Source of the DNA: Podarcis liolepis
Taxonomy: Eukaryota
Assembly (NCBI GenBank): GCA_965112155.1
Contig: OZ218103.1
DNA: 64,000 nucleotides
Reading direction: 5' to 3' (one strand)
The first letter of the stretch is position 1, and every line of letters starts with the position of its first letter. Positions 38,005 to 51,068 of the stretch are shown piece after piece. The position numbers and the translations under genes were made by a program. The notes below the pieces were generated by a model. The model was not told where the DNA came from, did not search any database, and saw only the letters and a program-made list of their open reading frames with translations.

Positions 38005-39121
38005 TACTTGGAGCTGCATTGGATACAACTCAAAAGTAGCACACAATTAACAAAATGACCACGAGCACATTTAAACTAATGAAATTTACAAGTGTTTTGT
38101 TTTTACTTACTCCCAAGTCTAATTTGTGTTGTGTAGATGGAAACTAAGCTTCATTAAAAGTTTCTGTGGATGTTTCCCTCCAAACTTACATAATGATGAT
38201 ACAGTAGATATTTTCAAAATCAGCCTGAACATAAACCACCATAAGCTCCCTGTCTAGCAAAGAATTGTCTGTTCCCAACTTGGGCTCTTTTACAATGGTA
38301 GCAGTCACGGACTGTTCTGGAAAGGACTTACATCATTAGGCAGGGTGTTATTGGTGCTGTGGGGTTTCGAGCGCGTTTCACGCCGGCTGCATAAACAAGT
38401 AAACTTCCTCTGAGGTTAATTATGTTGCAGAACACTGGCTGAAGGTTTGCATGTCACCTTAGAGACAGGACCCCGAAGAGGAGAAGGAACAAGCAATGCA
38501 CAGCTTGTCTGCCTGGAAGAGAGCCAGTTTGTGTCCTCAGCACACACAACACCCCCACCCAAGTTGCAGCTGCAAAGTCCTCTCTGCCCATAAGCAACGC
38601 AGAGAGATGGAATTCTGCATTCACCACTTGAGACAAAGACCCTGTTCATTCATGGTCATCGCACACACAAAAAGCCCTCTCCCCCCCCCCCTTGTTACTA
38701 GGTATTAAGCCATGTTGTGAGGCTGCTGCTGTCACCTCCACCACCACCGTGCTCAGAGGGAGCTCTCTTACTGCTCAGAGCAAAATGGAGGCGAAAGAGC
38801 AGCTGCCGCATAGGAGGCAGAACTAAGCAGGCGGATCCCTGGCTAACTCCTTGAAGTGTCTTTTGCATGGTCTAAACCAGAGGTGGAAAACTGGTGCCCT
38901 TGAAGCAATTTCCTTGGACCCTGGAGGATTTACCAAGGATGCTCCTTCCCCAGCCATCGCATCATGAAGGGGTGAGGGCATGTTGACAAGCAGGTGGGAC
39001 AAAGTGCCAATGCCAGCCATCATCATCATTTTATTTGTTTGCCGCCTTTCCACAGTTTAAACAGTGCTCAAGGCGGCTTACAATAGGAAACAATTTCCAT
39101 AATTACAAACATAGCAAGGTA

Positions 39122-39356
39122 CAGTGGTACCTCGGGTTAAGTACTTAATTCGTTCCGGAGGTCCGTTCTTAACCTGAAACTGTTCTTAACCTGAAGCACC
39201 ACTTTAGCTAATGGGGCCTCCTGCTGCCGCCGCCCCACCGATTTCTGTTCTCATCCTGAAGCAAAGTTCTTAACCTGGGGTACTATTTCTAGGTTAGCGG
39301 AGTCTGTAATCTGAAGCGTATGTAACCTGAAGCGTATGTAACCTGAAGTACCACTG
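39122..39356 (-). mobile_element. Tc1/mariner MITE, family A (inverted)
   Basis: Reverse complement of 2327-2568, with TA TSD. Confidence 0.92.
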
Positions 39357-41699
39357 TAGTCATAAAAATAAATAAAACACACCAAAAACTACATAACCAA
39401 ACTGAACAATTTCCACATAAAAATAAAGATACAAAAAAATCAGTATCAGTAACAGCAGCAAAAACTCCCAACAAAACTCCCCCCCCCCAAATACCCCAGT
39501 CCTCTTGGGCAGCAGCAGCAGCAGTCCTTAAGAGCCTGTCAGGCCCCACCTTAGGCCAGGTGGAGAGAGGCAGAGCAGGGCCCTCAGGCTCTCAGCAGGT
39601 CAGCCAGATGGCTACAGGTGTTCAAATCCAATTGAAGGAGGCCGTCAAAATGTTACCAAGCATCTTGGTGCATGCATAGACACCCTATCCCTTGGCACAT
39701 GGCAGGATGAGCTGGTCATTCAGGACCATGTAGGAATTCCACCCTCCAATCAGCATTGACCTTGGAGTGTTTTTGTTTTGTTTTGTATCTTGTCTATCCT
39801 GTACTGTCCAAGGAGTTGGTTCCAAGAGAAAGCAGTCACCCTGAAAATGAAGGAGTGGGGTTTCCTCAGAGCACTCTGCCATGGGTATCAAGCTGTAGAG
39901 GGCAGGAACTCTCTTGGGGACACGCCTAGCTCACCCCCCTAGAGCTGGCTACTTCAAGAGCGTGTATGAGTCAGGGAAAGGATCCGTCAATGCGCTATGA
40001 GTGGTGTAGGGATGGTGATGCAGAGGCAGTGCCCTGACAGCTTCTGGTTCAGAGCCAGGATAGAGCTTACTTGGAACAGGTTGTCCCTTAATGGAAATCC
40101 CCACACTGTAAATTAGCTAGCAAAGTTGTTGCTCCCTGCAGATCCTGTTCAATAGTTCATAAAGTTGTAGGCCTTGCTACCTCCCAAAGGTTGCCTCTTG
40201 CTTCTTCATTCACTTCTGTGCCCACAAATGTCTGAGCCTGGAGCTTTTCTACAAAGCCGGCTGCTTTCTTTATCTCAATAAGCTATGACGCCTTGAGGCA
40301 GGATGCCAGACCTTGGCCACTCCACAGCGCCCTAATTGCTGGGCAATTTGCCCTCGCTTCAGTGGCTTTTAGTGCTTCACTATGTGTGACTCACTCGGCT
40401 GAACTGTCATCTTTAAGCAAAGCTTCCCTTTTAAGGCATGTTAAGGGGAAGCACCTCTAACCTTACTCACTGAATAGACTCCCCTGCGGAAGAGAATGTG
40501 TTGCCTGCCCTTTGAAGGGCTTTCCTGGACAAGGGTGAAAAATGAAAAAACTTCTCACATTTCTCTTTAAGAGGGCTTGGCCTTTGCCTTGCAAAGATCT
40601 AGCAGAGCCTGGTACATCCCCACCCCATGCTGACCAGCTGGAAAATATGAATGAGAGAGATTTAAAAGACCTCATTGACATACGTATGCACTCAACATTA
40701 CTCAAGCAAGATAAGGTCATCTTGGTTCACGGCTGGTTTTATAATTCATAGCATGTTACGCCATGGATGGCCAACTCCAGCATTTTCCCTCTAGACAACG
40801 TAACAAGGGCTAGACCAGGACTGGGGAATTTTTTTAGCATGGGGGCCATGTTTCCTTCTGGGCAGGCATCTGAGGGCCACATGCCCGTGTTGGGCAGGGG
40901 CTAGAAGTGAAAGTGGTCAGAGCATCAATGTCAGTTTTACTTTTGTACAATCAGCATTGACCTTGGCATGGTTTTCTCCCCCTGCCTATTCTGTACTGAG
41001 CAGGCAGAGAGTGGTACCTTATGGGATGGTGGCCACCAATGGATTCGTTTTGGTCACTACAAGAAGGGACATTGTGGGCAAAGGAGAGAGCAGGCAAGAT
41101 GATCAAACAGCCTGGGAATCAAGTATCAAACTTGGGAAGGGAGGGACGGAGCACTCTTGGGTACATGCATTATTCGCCCACCCAGAGATAGCTAACTCAC
41201 AGGTTGGTGTAAGTAAGGCATGGCATCCCTCAGCAGGGGCTAGTTTCTGCACAACCTCACAACCCCTCTGCCCCCTCCATTCAGCTAAGCAAGAAGCATA
41301 TCAGAGTTCAAGGATACATTCCAACCAGACAAAAAGATTCAGAGGGTGAAGCATTGGGGTTTGCAGCTTGGGGAGCAAAGGGGTGTCTTGAGGAAAGTCC
41401 TGAGGCCCAGACAGAGAGGCTTGGAGGGCCACATTGAACCCCATGCCTGAAGTACTCATGAGTCAACCATATGAATTAGCCTCCCTCTTTTATTATTATT
41501 GTTGTTGTTGTTGTTGTTGTTATTATTATTATTATTTTCACTTATTTCACACACTTCACCAGCAGGTTCCAAGGTGGGTTGCTACAATTTAGAATTGAAC
41601 AAATTACAGTTAAACTTACAGTCACAGAAACAGGGCCCAATTCAAGGACAATGCATGTAATAATTGAGTTTATTGAGTTTGTGGTGGTCACAATGGCTT

Positions 41700-42246
41700 T
41701 GTTGTTGTTGTTTAGTCATTTAGTCGTGTCTGACTCTTCATGACCCAATGGACCAGAGCACACCAGGCACTCCTGTCTTCCACTGCCTCCCGCATTTTGA
41801 TAAAACTCATGCTCGTAGCTTTGAGAACACTGTCCAACCATGTCGTCCTCTGTCATCCCCTTCTCCTTGTGCCCTCCATCTTTCCCAACATCAGGGTCTT
41901 TTCCAGGGAGTCTTCTCTTCTCATGAGGTGGCCAAAGTATTGGAGCCTCAGCTTCAGGATCTGTCCTTCCAGTGAGCAGTCAGGGCTGATTTCCTTCAGA
42001 ATGGATAAGTCTGATCTTCTTGCAGTCCATGGGACTCTCAAGAGTCTCCTCCAGCACCATAATTCAAAAGCATCAATTCTTCAGCGATCAGCCTTCTTTA
42101 TGGTCCAGCTCTCACTTCCATACATCACTACTGGGGAAACCATAGCTTTAACTATACGGACCTTTGTCGGCAAGGTGATGTCTCTGCTTTTTAAGGTGCT
42201 GTCTAGGTTTGTCATCGCTTTTCTCCCAAGAAGCAGGCGTCTTTTA
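41700..42246 (-). mobile_element. Bov-B (RTE clade LINE) 3' fragment
   Basis: Same peptide (ORF 41853-42041) and same tail as the 28033 copy. Confidence 0.93.
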
Positions 42247-44917
42247 GGGTGTTATTTTATGAAATCATTGCTCTGGCATTTAGCCTACCGAAGAAGGGAG
42301 GACATCCTTCTCCCTGGCATTTACCTGGATGGGGATAGGGCAGGGTAATAGGACAATGAGCCTGGGAGCCAGGCCTGTGTGGGTGCACCAGTGGTGGCAA
42401 TCCAGTGCTCACACTGGTGTGTCTGCACAATTGTGACCTCACTGCCACCCTGCCCCATCCCCATCCAGGCAACCTGCATTGATGCCAATGACTGCCCCAC
42501 CACAGATGCACTTCTGAAAATATGTTGCACATTTGCACAGGGCGGCACTACGTCTAATACTGACATAGAAGTGGCATTAGGAGAGAAAAGGCATCTAACA
42601 TCTGTGGAGAGGGAGAAAAGAGGTGACTAGCCCAAATCATGTTAGTGTGATGATCCTGCCGAAATCACGTTCCTGGAATGGTTTGGAAACCGCAGTGTTC
42701 TCAGAAAGGTATCCGTCTTGTTGCTAGAGAATATATCTTGAAGGTTCAGGTTCAAGCAACTTTTTCTCTTGGGGAAACTTTTGTTTAAAATTTCAAAAAG
42801 CAGCTGAAATTTCAAAAAACAGGGAACATGGTATATGTCAGGTCCCAGGTATATACTGTACATGCTTCTGGAGAAACAGAAAACATGGTGTGCTTTATTT
42901 CTCAAACAACCTTTTTGGGTTTTTAACTAAAGAAACAGAAAACATTTTTGTATCAAAAGCCTAGAAAATAGTGCCTTAATGGGCAGCATCAAGTGGAGCC
43001 TAATGGATGCTTCTGCTGCCCTCTGGTGGAGCATCATTTGCTTTGCATCTCAGCACTCAGAAGGTCTTGTCTGAGCAGCCACACACTTCTCAGAGGGTGA
43101 ATATCAGTTGTGGAGCTACAACCTTTACCTGGCCTGATCCAGGGAAATAGCATGAATCCACCCAATGACTTCATACTGAGCCATATTTTGCAGGGAGGGT
43201 GGCAGGGAAGAGCATTATTACACTTCTGGAATTGGCTAGCTGAAAGTGAACAATGCTGGCAAACAATAGGACCGATTCCTAGGCATGCTGAATGGCATTC
43301 TGGTGTGTGGCAGAACACACTGTCATCTTCCAAGTTCCTCTCTGTCCTACCTCATTTGTTGGAGATAACAGCTGATGCTTCTCTTGACTATGGGCATAGA
43401 GTTCCAGTTGCTCATCCACAGGAAAAGTTCTATCCTAAATAGAGGTTTTCTCAAACCTCCATAGACTTCCCAGAACTTAGATTGCAACTCTCAGCAGTCC
43501 CAGCCAATGAAGTGTACTGCTGGGGCTGCTTTGAAGAATGCCGACTTTTAAGGAAATTGGACTGTTTCAAGGCCAGTCTGGATATTGCATTTGCCATATG
43601 GAATTCTTTGCAAAAGGACCATAGCAACTCTCCCTATCTGTGACACCTGGAGAAGCTTCATTGGTAACTTGTAGAAGTTTCATTGATACCTTGCATGGAA
43701 TCCTTAAACTGGCAAACCCAAACTTCCCTGTAGATTCCCTTCTTCCCTGTAAGATGCCCTTTCAGAGTCCACATTCAAGGCAAGATTCTGGAATTCCACA
43801 GCAAAGCTCCTCAATTCTTTAATAAGAAGAATAATGCAAATACACTAATGTATATACAGTGGGTTAATTTGCATTACAGTTATGAAGCAGCCACCATATA
43901 GAATGAGGCTCAAGTGCACACAGATATGTTATGATTGTGATACAGGAAATGATAGAGGAAGAAAACGCAACAGATGCTAAGAAGAACTTTATTGTTAAGG
44001 GCTGTTGCCTTCATGTTCTGTTTGTCTTTCTGTTCTGAACACCTTTATCTTGTACCCCACCCAGATATCTGTATTGACAAAGGGCGAGTTATAAATATTC
44101 ATAATAAAATTATTAATTGTCCTGATTGTATGTTTCCCATAAGCATTTGGCTGCCACTGTGGGAACAAAATGCTAGACAGGATGGACCTATACACCCAGT
44201 TCAAACACAACAATAAATATTCGTTTATTATCACATGCTGCTTCTCTCTTCTCCAGCATAGCTCCAAAGAGGTGATTAAAAGTTTCCAGTTCCACTTTTT
44301 ATTAACCACAGTTTAGTGTTGCACCCAATTCCTAAACCGTGGCTAATTTTAACTATGTTTTTTTAATAATAAACAACAACAAAAAACACACAAGCCAGCT
44401 TCATAAGCTAAGGTTTGGAGTTAGCTTGTTTCAATGACTATAGTTGAGACTAATCACAATGTTTCAGGGTTTCAGACTAGCAGTTAGTCTAAAGCAGAAG
44501 TGAAACTTCTGAGCTCATCCTTAGGCCAAGGAGTGGGCCTATCTATTGTATTTTAAGAGAACCTGCCTTTTATCACAGAGCCCCAGAAGAGGTGATAATC
44601 ATATAAACATGCAGTACTGGAATCCAATTAAACAATTTAAATCAAACTAATAGAGGTCTTACAATTATCAAAGGCTAGGATAAAGAAGTGTGTCTTCAGC
44701 AAACAAACAACAGAAACCATATAATGAAGATGCTTGATGCAGCTCTAGTAACCCAGGACATCATTGGCCTACTTGGTGCCAAAAATGGGTTGCATGGAAC
44801 AGTCCCATTTGGGGAGGGAGGGGAGGCAGACAAGAACCATCCTAGCACACAGGTAGGAAATGACATGGGGGAGATGTTCCTTGTATTCTTTCTCTGATGA
44901 TTCTGTCTTCCCCGTAG

Positions 44918-45015
44918 GACTCTATGTGCTAATAGGAGCAGGCGTGCTGATGATGACCGTGGGGTTTTTTGGGTGCTGTGGAGCTGCGCGAGAATCTCAG
45001 TGCCTGCTTGGAGCA
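44918..45015 (+). CDS. TSPAN2: Tetraspanin-2 coding exon 3 (TM2, GFFGCCGA motif)
   Basis: cccgtag| ... |gtaagt. 98 nt, completes the split Gly codon from exon 2. Encodes [33 protein letters not shown]. Confidence 0.97.
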
Positions 45016-45558
45016 GTAAGTAATGAAATTACGGCTTTTCAGACATAATATTTTGTTACCCCTTTAACCTTGTGGCAGAACCGAAACACCTAGTAAGCGT
45101 GAGGTCCTCTCTTTTCCCCTTCCCTTCACACTCCAGCTTTGACACTTCCATCCTAGATTTCTTAAAACCCCAGTTCCCTGTTACATCTGAAAAGGGAAGA
45201 TCTATACCAATGTCAGTTTACTAGCTAGAATCTTAAACCAAGATCAAACTATGATTTAAGATCCTCCATAATAAATCAACATTAAACAGGATTTCCTCTG
45301 TTTTGGACATACATAGGTTGCTATCTTATACTGAGTCAGACCATTGGTCCATAATGCACAATATTTTCTACTCTTAAGCAGGAGTCCTTCCCGGCCCTCC
45401 CTGGAGATGATGGGAACTGAACCTGGGGCCTTCTGCATGCAAAGCACATGTCACAGCCCTTCCCCTTTACCCTGTGGCCTGTGTAATATATTTACTGCAG
45501 ATCATCAGGAGAAGGTTGTACGACCTAAGCCTGTAATCCTGTCTCCATCCTTTTGCAG

Positions 45559-45633
45559 TTCTTTACCTGTTTGCTGGTGATTTTTGCTGCTGAAGTCACT
45601 GCAGGAGTTTTTGCTTTTCTTGGCAAGAAAGCG
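45559..45633 (+). CDS. TSPAN2: Tetraspanin-2 coding exon 4 (TM3)
   Basis: ttttgcag| ... |gtgagt. 75 nt, phase 0-0. Encodes FFTCLLVIFAAEVTAGVFAFLGKKA. Not in the ORF track. Confidence 0.97.
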
Positions 45634-46051
45634 GTGAGTTCAATGTTTGCTGTGCTCCACCCTATCCCCAGAGTCTCATGCTAACGAGTAGTTTATAAAG
45701 GTATAAAGCAAACAAAAGGTAAATGTGTCTTGGATGATAAACAGAGGAGGTTAGAACCAGATGAACATGGAGCTGTCATGGGTGTAGAAATCCCATTGAT
45801 TCCAGCGCATTTGAAGGTTTACACCTAAAAACGTTAAAGTGTGAATTAAACAAACACATGCAGACTTTTCAGGGAGCCACTGTGGCAAATTCAAGTTTGC
45901 TGCTGGTGGAAACATTTATTTCTTGCATAATGCAGACTAAGTAGTTTATTACCCCAAATATAAAACTACAGTACCCTGGCAGATTTTTCTTGCCCGTCAC
46001 CCATTGGCTTCACTTAACATGTTTGGTTGTGAGTGTGGTGGTGTTCCATAT

Positions 46052-46197
46052 GAGATATCTCAGTTGGTAGAGCATGAGACTCTTAATCTCAGAGTTGTGG
46101 GTTTGAGCCTCACATTGGACAAAAGATTCCTGCATTGCAGGGGGTCGGACAAGATGACCCTTGTGGTCCCTTCCAACTTTACAGTTCTATGATTCTA
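46052..46197 (+). mobile_element. tRNA-Lys(CTT)-derived SINE with CR1-type tail (second copy at about 27250-27390)
   Basis: Head CTCAGTTGGTAGAGCATGAGACTCTTAATCTCAG...GGTTTGAGCC. Tail GGTCCCTTCCAAC...TTCTATGATTCTA. Confidence 0.82.
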
Positions 46198-46490
46198 GGA
46201 AATCTGCCAACCCAAAAGGTGGTCAAATTCCTGCTTAGCCTTTTTCCTTTGGTACCTTCTTAGCCAAGTCCAGCCCCCAGGTCATGCTGTGCCCCTGGGT
46301 TTACATTTCTTTAAAGCTATGCAGTAAAGTCAGATTTCTTCCCTTCTGCTTGTCTTTTTTTCACTCATCTCTCCTTCCTGCCAAGTAGTAGAGGGACCAA
46401 GAGCCTAGAGGGAAGCCAAGAAACTGCAGAATAGCCCCTCCAATTGTCAACATCGTGATCTCATTGAGGTTGTCTGTCTGGTTTCCGCAG

Positions 46491-46589
46491 GCTGTTGAAG
46501 AGGTCCAGCACATCTATGAGGAAGCTTACGAAGACTTTGTGAATAATGTGGGGACAAGCAACAAAACCCTTATCCAGTACCATGAAGCA
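46491..46589 (+). CDS. TSPAN2: Tetraspanin-2 coding exon 5 (large extracellular loop helices)
   Basis: tttccgcag| ... |gtgagt. 99 nt, phase 0-0. Encodes AVEEVQHIYEEAYEDFVNNVGTSNKTLIQYHEA, with an NKT N-glycosylation sequon. Confidence 0.95.
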
Positions 46590-47780
46590 GTGAGTAACTT
46601 CTGAATTCAGATCTTTTGCTTATCAAGGCTGCCTTTATGAAGTTTCAAAAGAAGGCTTTGAGTCAGGCATACTGGAATGGAGGTTAAGGCTTGCTTCATC
46701 TTCACTGCTCTGACCTGGTGGGTGCTCTTTACTTAAAGTACCTGAATTTCCCATTCCACAGGAAGTGGGCAAGATTCCCTATGGCATCTGGCTTAAGCAC
46801 CTTTAACAATAAAGACCTTCGGTCTATTTATTTACATTTATTTATTACGCTGTTATCCTGCCCTTTTTTCCAACTAGTTCAAGATAGGGTGCGTAATTTC
46901 CTTTTTAAAAAAATCCTCACAATAACCCTGTGAGTTAGGTAAGGATCTGCCATAATGCTAGATAAAAATGGCCTAATCAAGCAGATATTTCTATTTGCAT
47001 ACAGATTGGAATAGTATGTGAACCCTGACTTCAATAAGTCCTTTAGTTTGCATGGTTGTGCTTGAATTCGCTTAGCTTAATTGACTCTGCTGAAAATTGA
47101 GCTTAATGAAATACATTCAAATTGTCAGGTTCAGCAGATTTTCAGCACTTCTTTCCCCCCCCCGCCCCCCCGACAATACTGCTAAAAAAATTTTTTTAAC
47201 AAGAATATGCTAAACATGTCTGCTTAGAAGTCCAATTAATTTCCTAGTTAAGGAGCCTGTTGGAGACACTACCTTTGGCCTAACCTCTGTTACTGCTGTA
47301 CCAACTAAGGATGTTGTTAGGAGCTAATATTGCCTGCATTTTCAGTGCTACAGAAGCCAGTGAGGAAACATCACAGGGAGATATGGACACATCAGACCAG
47401 TTTCAAATCTCTTTAAACTATCATCATGTCCAGCCTACAGCTGTGCTCAGATGAAGGTTTCCCCACTGTTGGTTGCACTAAACCAAGGGTTCAGGAGGTA
47501 GTACTCCATCAAAGAGATGCACAACAAACAGGGGAAAAAACAGTAGTAGAAGGGTAGACTCTGGGCAATATTATTGGTGCAAGTATATTTTGGAGCGTAT
47601 GAAACTTTAGCCTGGAACAAGAGTTTAATGTGAATTTACAAGTTGATGAGAGAACACTGTTATGGACTGACTCATAAATATAATAAAGAAATTTATTATT
47701 TACGAGGGGGATTTCTTTATTTAAAAAATCTGTCTGGCGTTTGGTGGTTGTTTTTTAACATGTTATCTCTGTCTTTCCAG

Positions 47781-47855
47781 CTTCAGTGCTGTGGGAGAGG
47801 AGGAAACGATGCTGCAGTGAAGCCCACCTGTCCAAAAGACATTGAACAGCCCAGA
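47781..47855 (+). CDS. TSPAN2: Tetraspanin-2 coding exon 6 (CCG motif)
   Basis: ctttccag| ... |gtaagt. 75 nt, phase 0-0. Encodes LQCCGRGGNDAAVKPTCPKDIEQPR, with the tetraspanin CCG and PxC motifs. Confidence 0.96.
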
Positions 47856-49491
47856 GTAAGTGGCTCTGATGGACATGTTGCAAAAAATAGCCCTGGGATG
47901 TGATAAGACATGTAAGTCAGAGAAGCTGGTGGGAAGCCAGATGAAATGCTCTGGACAAGGGCCATTTGGCACTGGTCTTTTTTCTTTCCATTAGTCATTT
48001 GAGATGCTACTGAGGAGTATGCCAGCAGGACTGACTTTCCAGCAGCTGTCAACCGTGCTAACTCTGGGCACCTTTATAGATCTGAACAATACCACTGCAA
48101 AGCACAAGCAATACTTAATGAAGGGAGAGCAAATTCATTGGCAGCCTGCTTGCTTCCCTTATCCTTGATACTTGCTTGCTGATTCACATGTATTCCTGCT
48201 CCATGTCACACCGAGAAACAAGGCCTAATTAGGCAACACATGAAATACATTTATCTGTTTTTATCTGCGCTTCTTCCCAGGGCAAATGGCAGCTTTGTGG
48301 GAGAGGGGACTTTCCCTAGGACCACGGCATTGCAGGAAAGGGTAAACCCATGCAGTGCAGTCCTTAAAGGTCTCTTGACAAACAAGAGGCCTAGCAGAAT
48401 CTGACGGAACCTGGCTGAATTAAATAAAGGTGCCCAAACTTTCATAGCAGGTTCCACCTAGGTAAGCCATGAATCCTCTTGGAGGTCTTAATTCTGTATT
48501 GGGTGAAATTAAGCAGCATACCTTATTCGTAGCATTTGCCGTTGTGGTGTAGATTCAGATTATGCAATTTGTGGCACACCGACTCCCTTCCTCTGCACTG
48601 TTCCTCTCTCTGCTTCAATTCTTGGCACACAAATGCCACACATCTTTGTGAGAAAACCAAACAGGAAATAACTAGGAGAAGCTGCAATAAGGAAAGGAGA
48701 GAAGTAAAGTACCTGGTATGCCCAAGATTGCTTCTTGGATGTTTGTACCTGTCAGAAGGAAGCAGCAGCAGCAAATTGATCCTTGTTTACAGGTTTCACC
48801 AAGCAAATTATAAGAGCAACATCAAAATCACAGCAAAACTTTATGGGTGCTATTCAATGCTATTCCTACTCAGAGTTGACCTATTGAAGTTGATGGACAT
48901 TGCTAACTTAGGCTCATTACTTTCAGTGGATCTACTCTGAGTAGGGCTTGATTGAATATGTGTATGATCTTAAATGAAGAGTACTGTATAGTTTTAATAA
49001 AAGTCATCAGGGCCCAGGGCTCGGGCATTCTAGAGTGGTGATGTGAGGTCCAGTTGGGCTTACAATAAACACAAATATCAAACATTTAGGAGATTATGGT
49101 GGTTCAAGCCAGTGCTTCTGTAGTGGTGTGCTGGGTTGCCTGAAAAACCAGAATCCCAACCACAGCAAAGACAAGAAAGGCAAGATGGAGCAGAGAGACA
49201 AAGCTGGTGAGGGATGGGTGAGAACTGCTGCTGCTGTCACGAAGCTCCTCAAGCCACTCTTCTCAAGGGTAGCTCAGAGGAAGCAAATGTGGGAAGGCAA
49301 TTCCTACATCAAACAGGACAGTCAGGGGCAGAAGTTGTGAAGAGGAAAGGGGTTTACTAAGGTAGATTTTCCCCATGGTTGCCGCCAAGATTGTGTCAAC
49401 TGTGTCAACTGGTCCTTAGTAGAAACCGGAAGGGCTCTTCAAGACTGCTTTGATGTATAAAGCATTGTCAACACCTTCATGTCTCTAACAG

Positions 49492-49575
49492 AGTTGTCTG
49501 GCTGAAATCGAGACTCTCATTGACACAAATCTTCGTTTAGTTGGCATTGTTGGGATTGGAATCGCTGGGATCACA
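49492..49575 (+). CDS. TSPAN2: Tetraspanin-2 coding exon 7 (last EC2 cysteine and start of TM4)
   Basis: ctctaacag| ... |gtgagt. 84 nt, phase 0-0. Encodes SCLAEIETLIDTNLRLVGIVGIGIAGIT. Confidence 0.96.
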
Positions 49576-51002
49576 GTGAGTAATTATCTGATGACAATGC
49601 TGGTACTGCTGCTTCTGTTGTTGCTAGCCGTGTGTTTGCGAATCCCCCAGGTCCTTCCAAGCCAGTGGAAATCAGGTTGCTGAGGAGCTCAGAGTATGAA
49701 TGTCCTATGTGTGGAACTTAGGGCTCGTCCTCACTTCTGCTTGTCCTGTGCCTTGAAAGTATAGGTCCAAGTGGTCTTCCACTTGGCCTGCTCTTTCTTG
49801 GCATGGGTCCAAGCACTTTTGCCTTTGCGCTGCTTCTTTCTTCCAGAAAACACGCTCTTTGGAGTTAAATCGGAGCAAATGGCAGTCCAGGGAAAACATG
49901 ACAGAGGCAGCCCTGATTATTCACATGTCTGCCTTCATACTCTTCTGCTTCAGACACCTTTCTCCCCGGGTCAGCTCTGATATTGGAAGTAACTCCTATG
50001 AAAATTAGATCCCCAAGCCACTTGTACACACCCCATTTTGCACATGAGTGGGGTAGACATATGAACAACAAAATGGATGCCCTGTTCATGTCTAGTTGGG
50101 CCTGACTCAATGCATTCTGCTGAGAACATTGTTTTCCCCGCTCTGATGCTGGCTACTTAGCAAGTTGTACCATGTAGCCTCTAGGTGTCAGCATTATATC
50201 AATTTGAATTGATTTTATGTCTGTACTGTTGTTTGAACTCTTTCTCTCTCTATGTATGTGCATATTTGAAAATTGTTACAGGATGCCTCATAGAAAGCAA
50301 TTCATAAATGAAATAAGTGATAATAATTATACACAAGACTGACAGTTGTAGCCGATCCTCAGGGCCGGAATAAATGTGGCCTTAATTGCATAAAAGGAAG
50401 CAATGTGCATGATTTTTTTTCATATTTAGAAAGGCAATGCAGGGAGTGCCTGCGTAGGACTGAGACATGGCAGATGGAAAAGTATGGTTTAACCCCTTCC
50501 CCTACACCACAATTTATATGAATAGTCCTCTTCCCCAAAGCTGCTGCCATGCCTCAGAGGGAAGCCAACAGAGGTTTCCCTCACAGGACTAATAGCAGCT
50601 CAAGGAATGGGATAGTTTCATCAGGATTGTGGTATAAATGACAATATTAAGACCCCATCTACCTAGCATGGTTTAACCCCCACTGCCCAGCAGCTATTTG
50701 CATTCTTTAAATGTGCATCTTAAATGCTTTCATGCAACTAGCATTGTATTTTAGTTTGGCTCTAAGTCATCATATGGGCAGAAACACACATCAAATGAAC
50801 AGAAATTTGGATTTGTAAGGATTGCTCCAAGCGATATCAGCCATGCCCTGCTTCACATTAAGGATTAAGCTCCTCTCTGATGACTCGGCTCTCCACATCT
50901 GCCTGAGAGCAATCACTAAAGTTCTCTGAGCTGCCAGGCATAGTGACAAAAATCTCCCTGCGTTTCCTGTGCATCCTTTAAAATATGTTCCTTGTGTTCT
51001 AG

Positions 51003-51068
51003 ATCTTTGGCATGGTCTTCAGCATGGTCCTCTGCTGCGCAATCCGGAACACAAGAGACATGCTCTAG
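51003..51068 (+). CDS. TSPAN2: Tetraspanin-2 last coding exon (end of TM4, cytoplasmic tail, stop)
   Basis: tgttctag| then IFGMVFSMVLCCAIRNTRDML and TAG at 51066-51068. Typical CD9/CD81/TSPAN2 C-terminus. Confidence 0.97.
   Translation: MFGMVFSMVLCCAIRNTRDML

Noticed and set aside
41740-42348. 202-aa and 181-aa (28070-28615) plus-strand ORFs similar to each other
   Set aside because: These are antisense frames of Bov-B fragments, not host genes.
46052-46125. tRNA-Lys gene
   Set aside because: The acceptor stem and B box are degraded, and the sequence continues into a CR1-type tail. It is a SINE head.
48224-48233. Perfect CArG CCTAATTAGG in intron 6
   Set aside because: Several are expected by chance in 64 kb and there is no supporting context.
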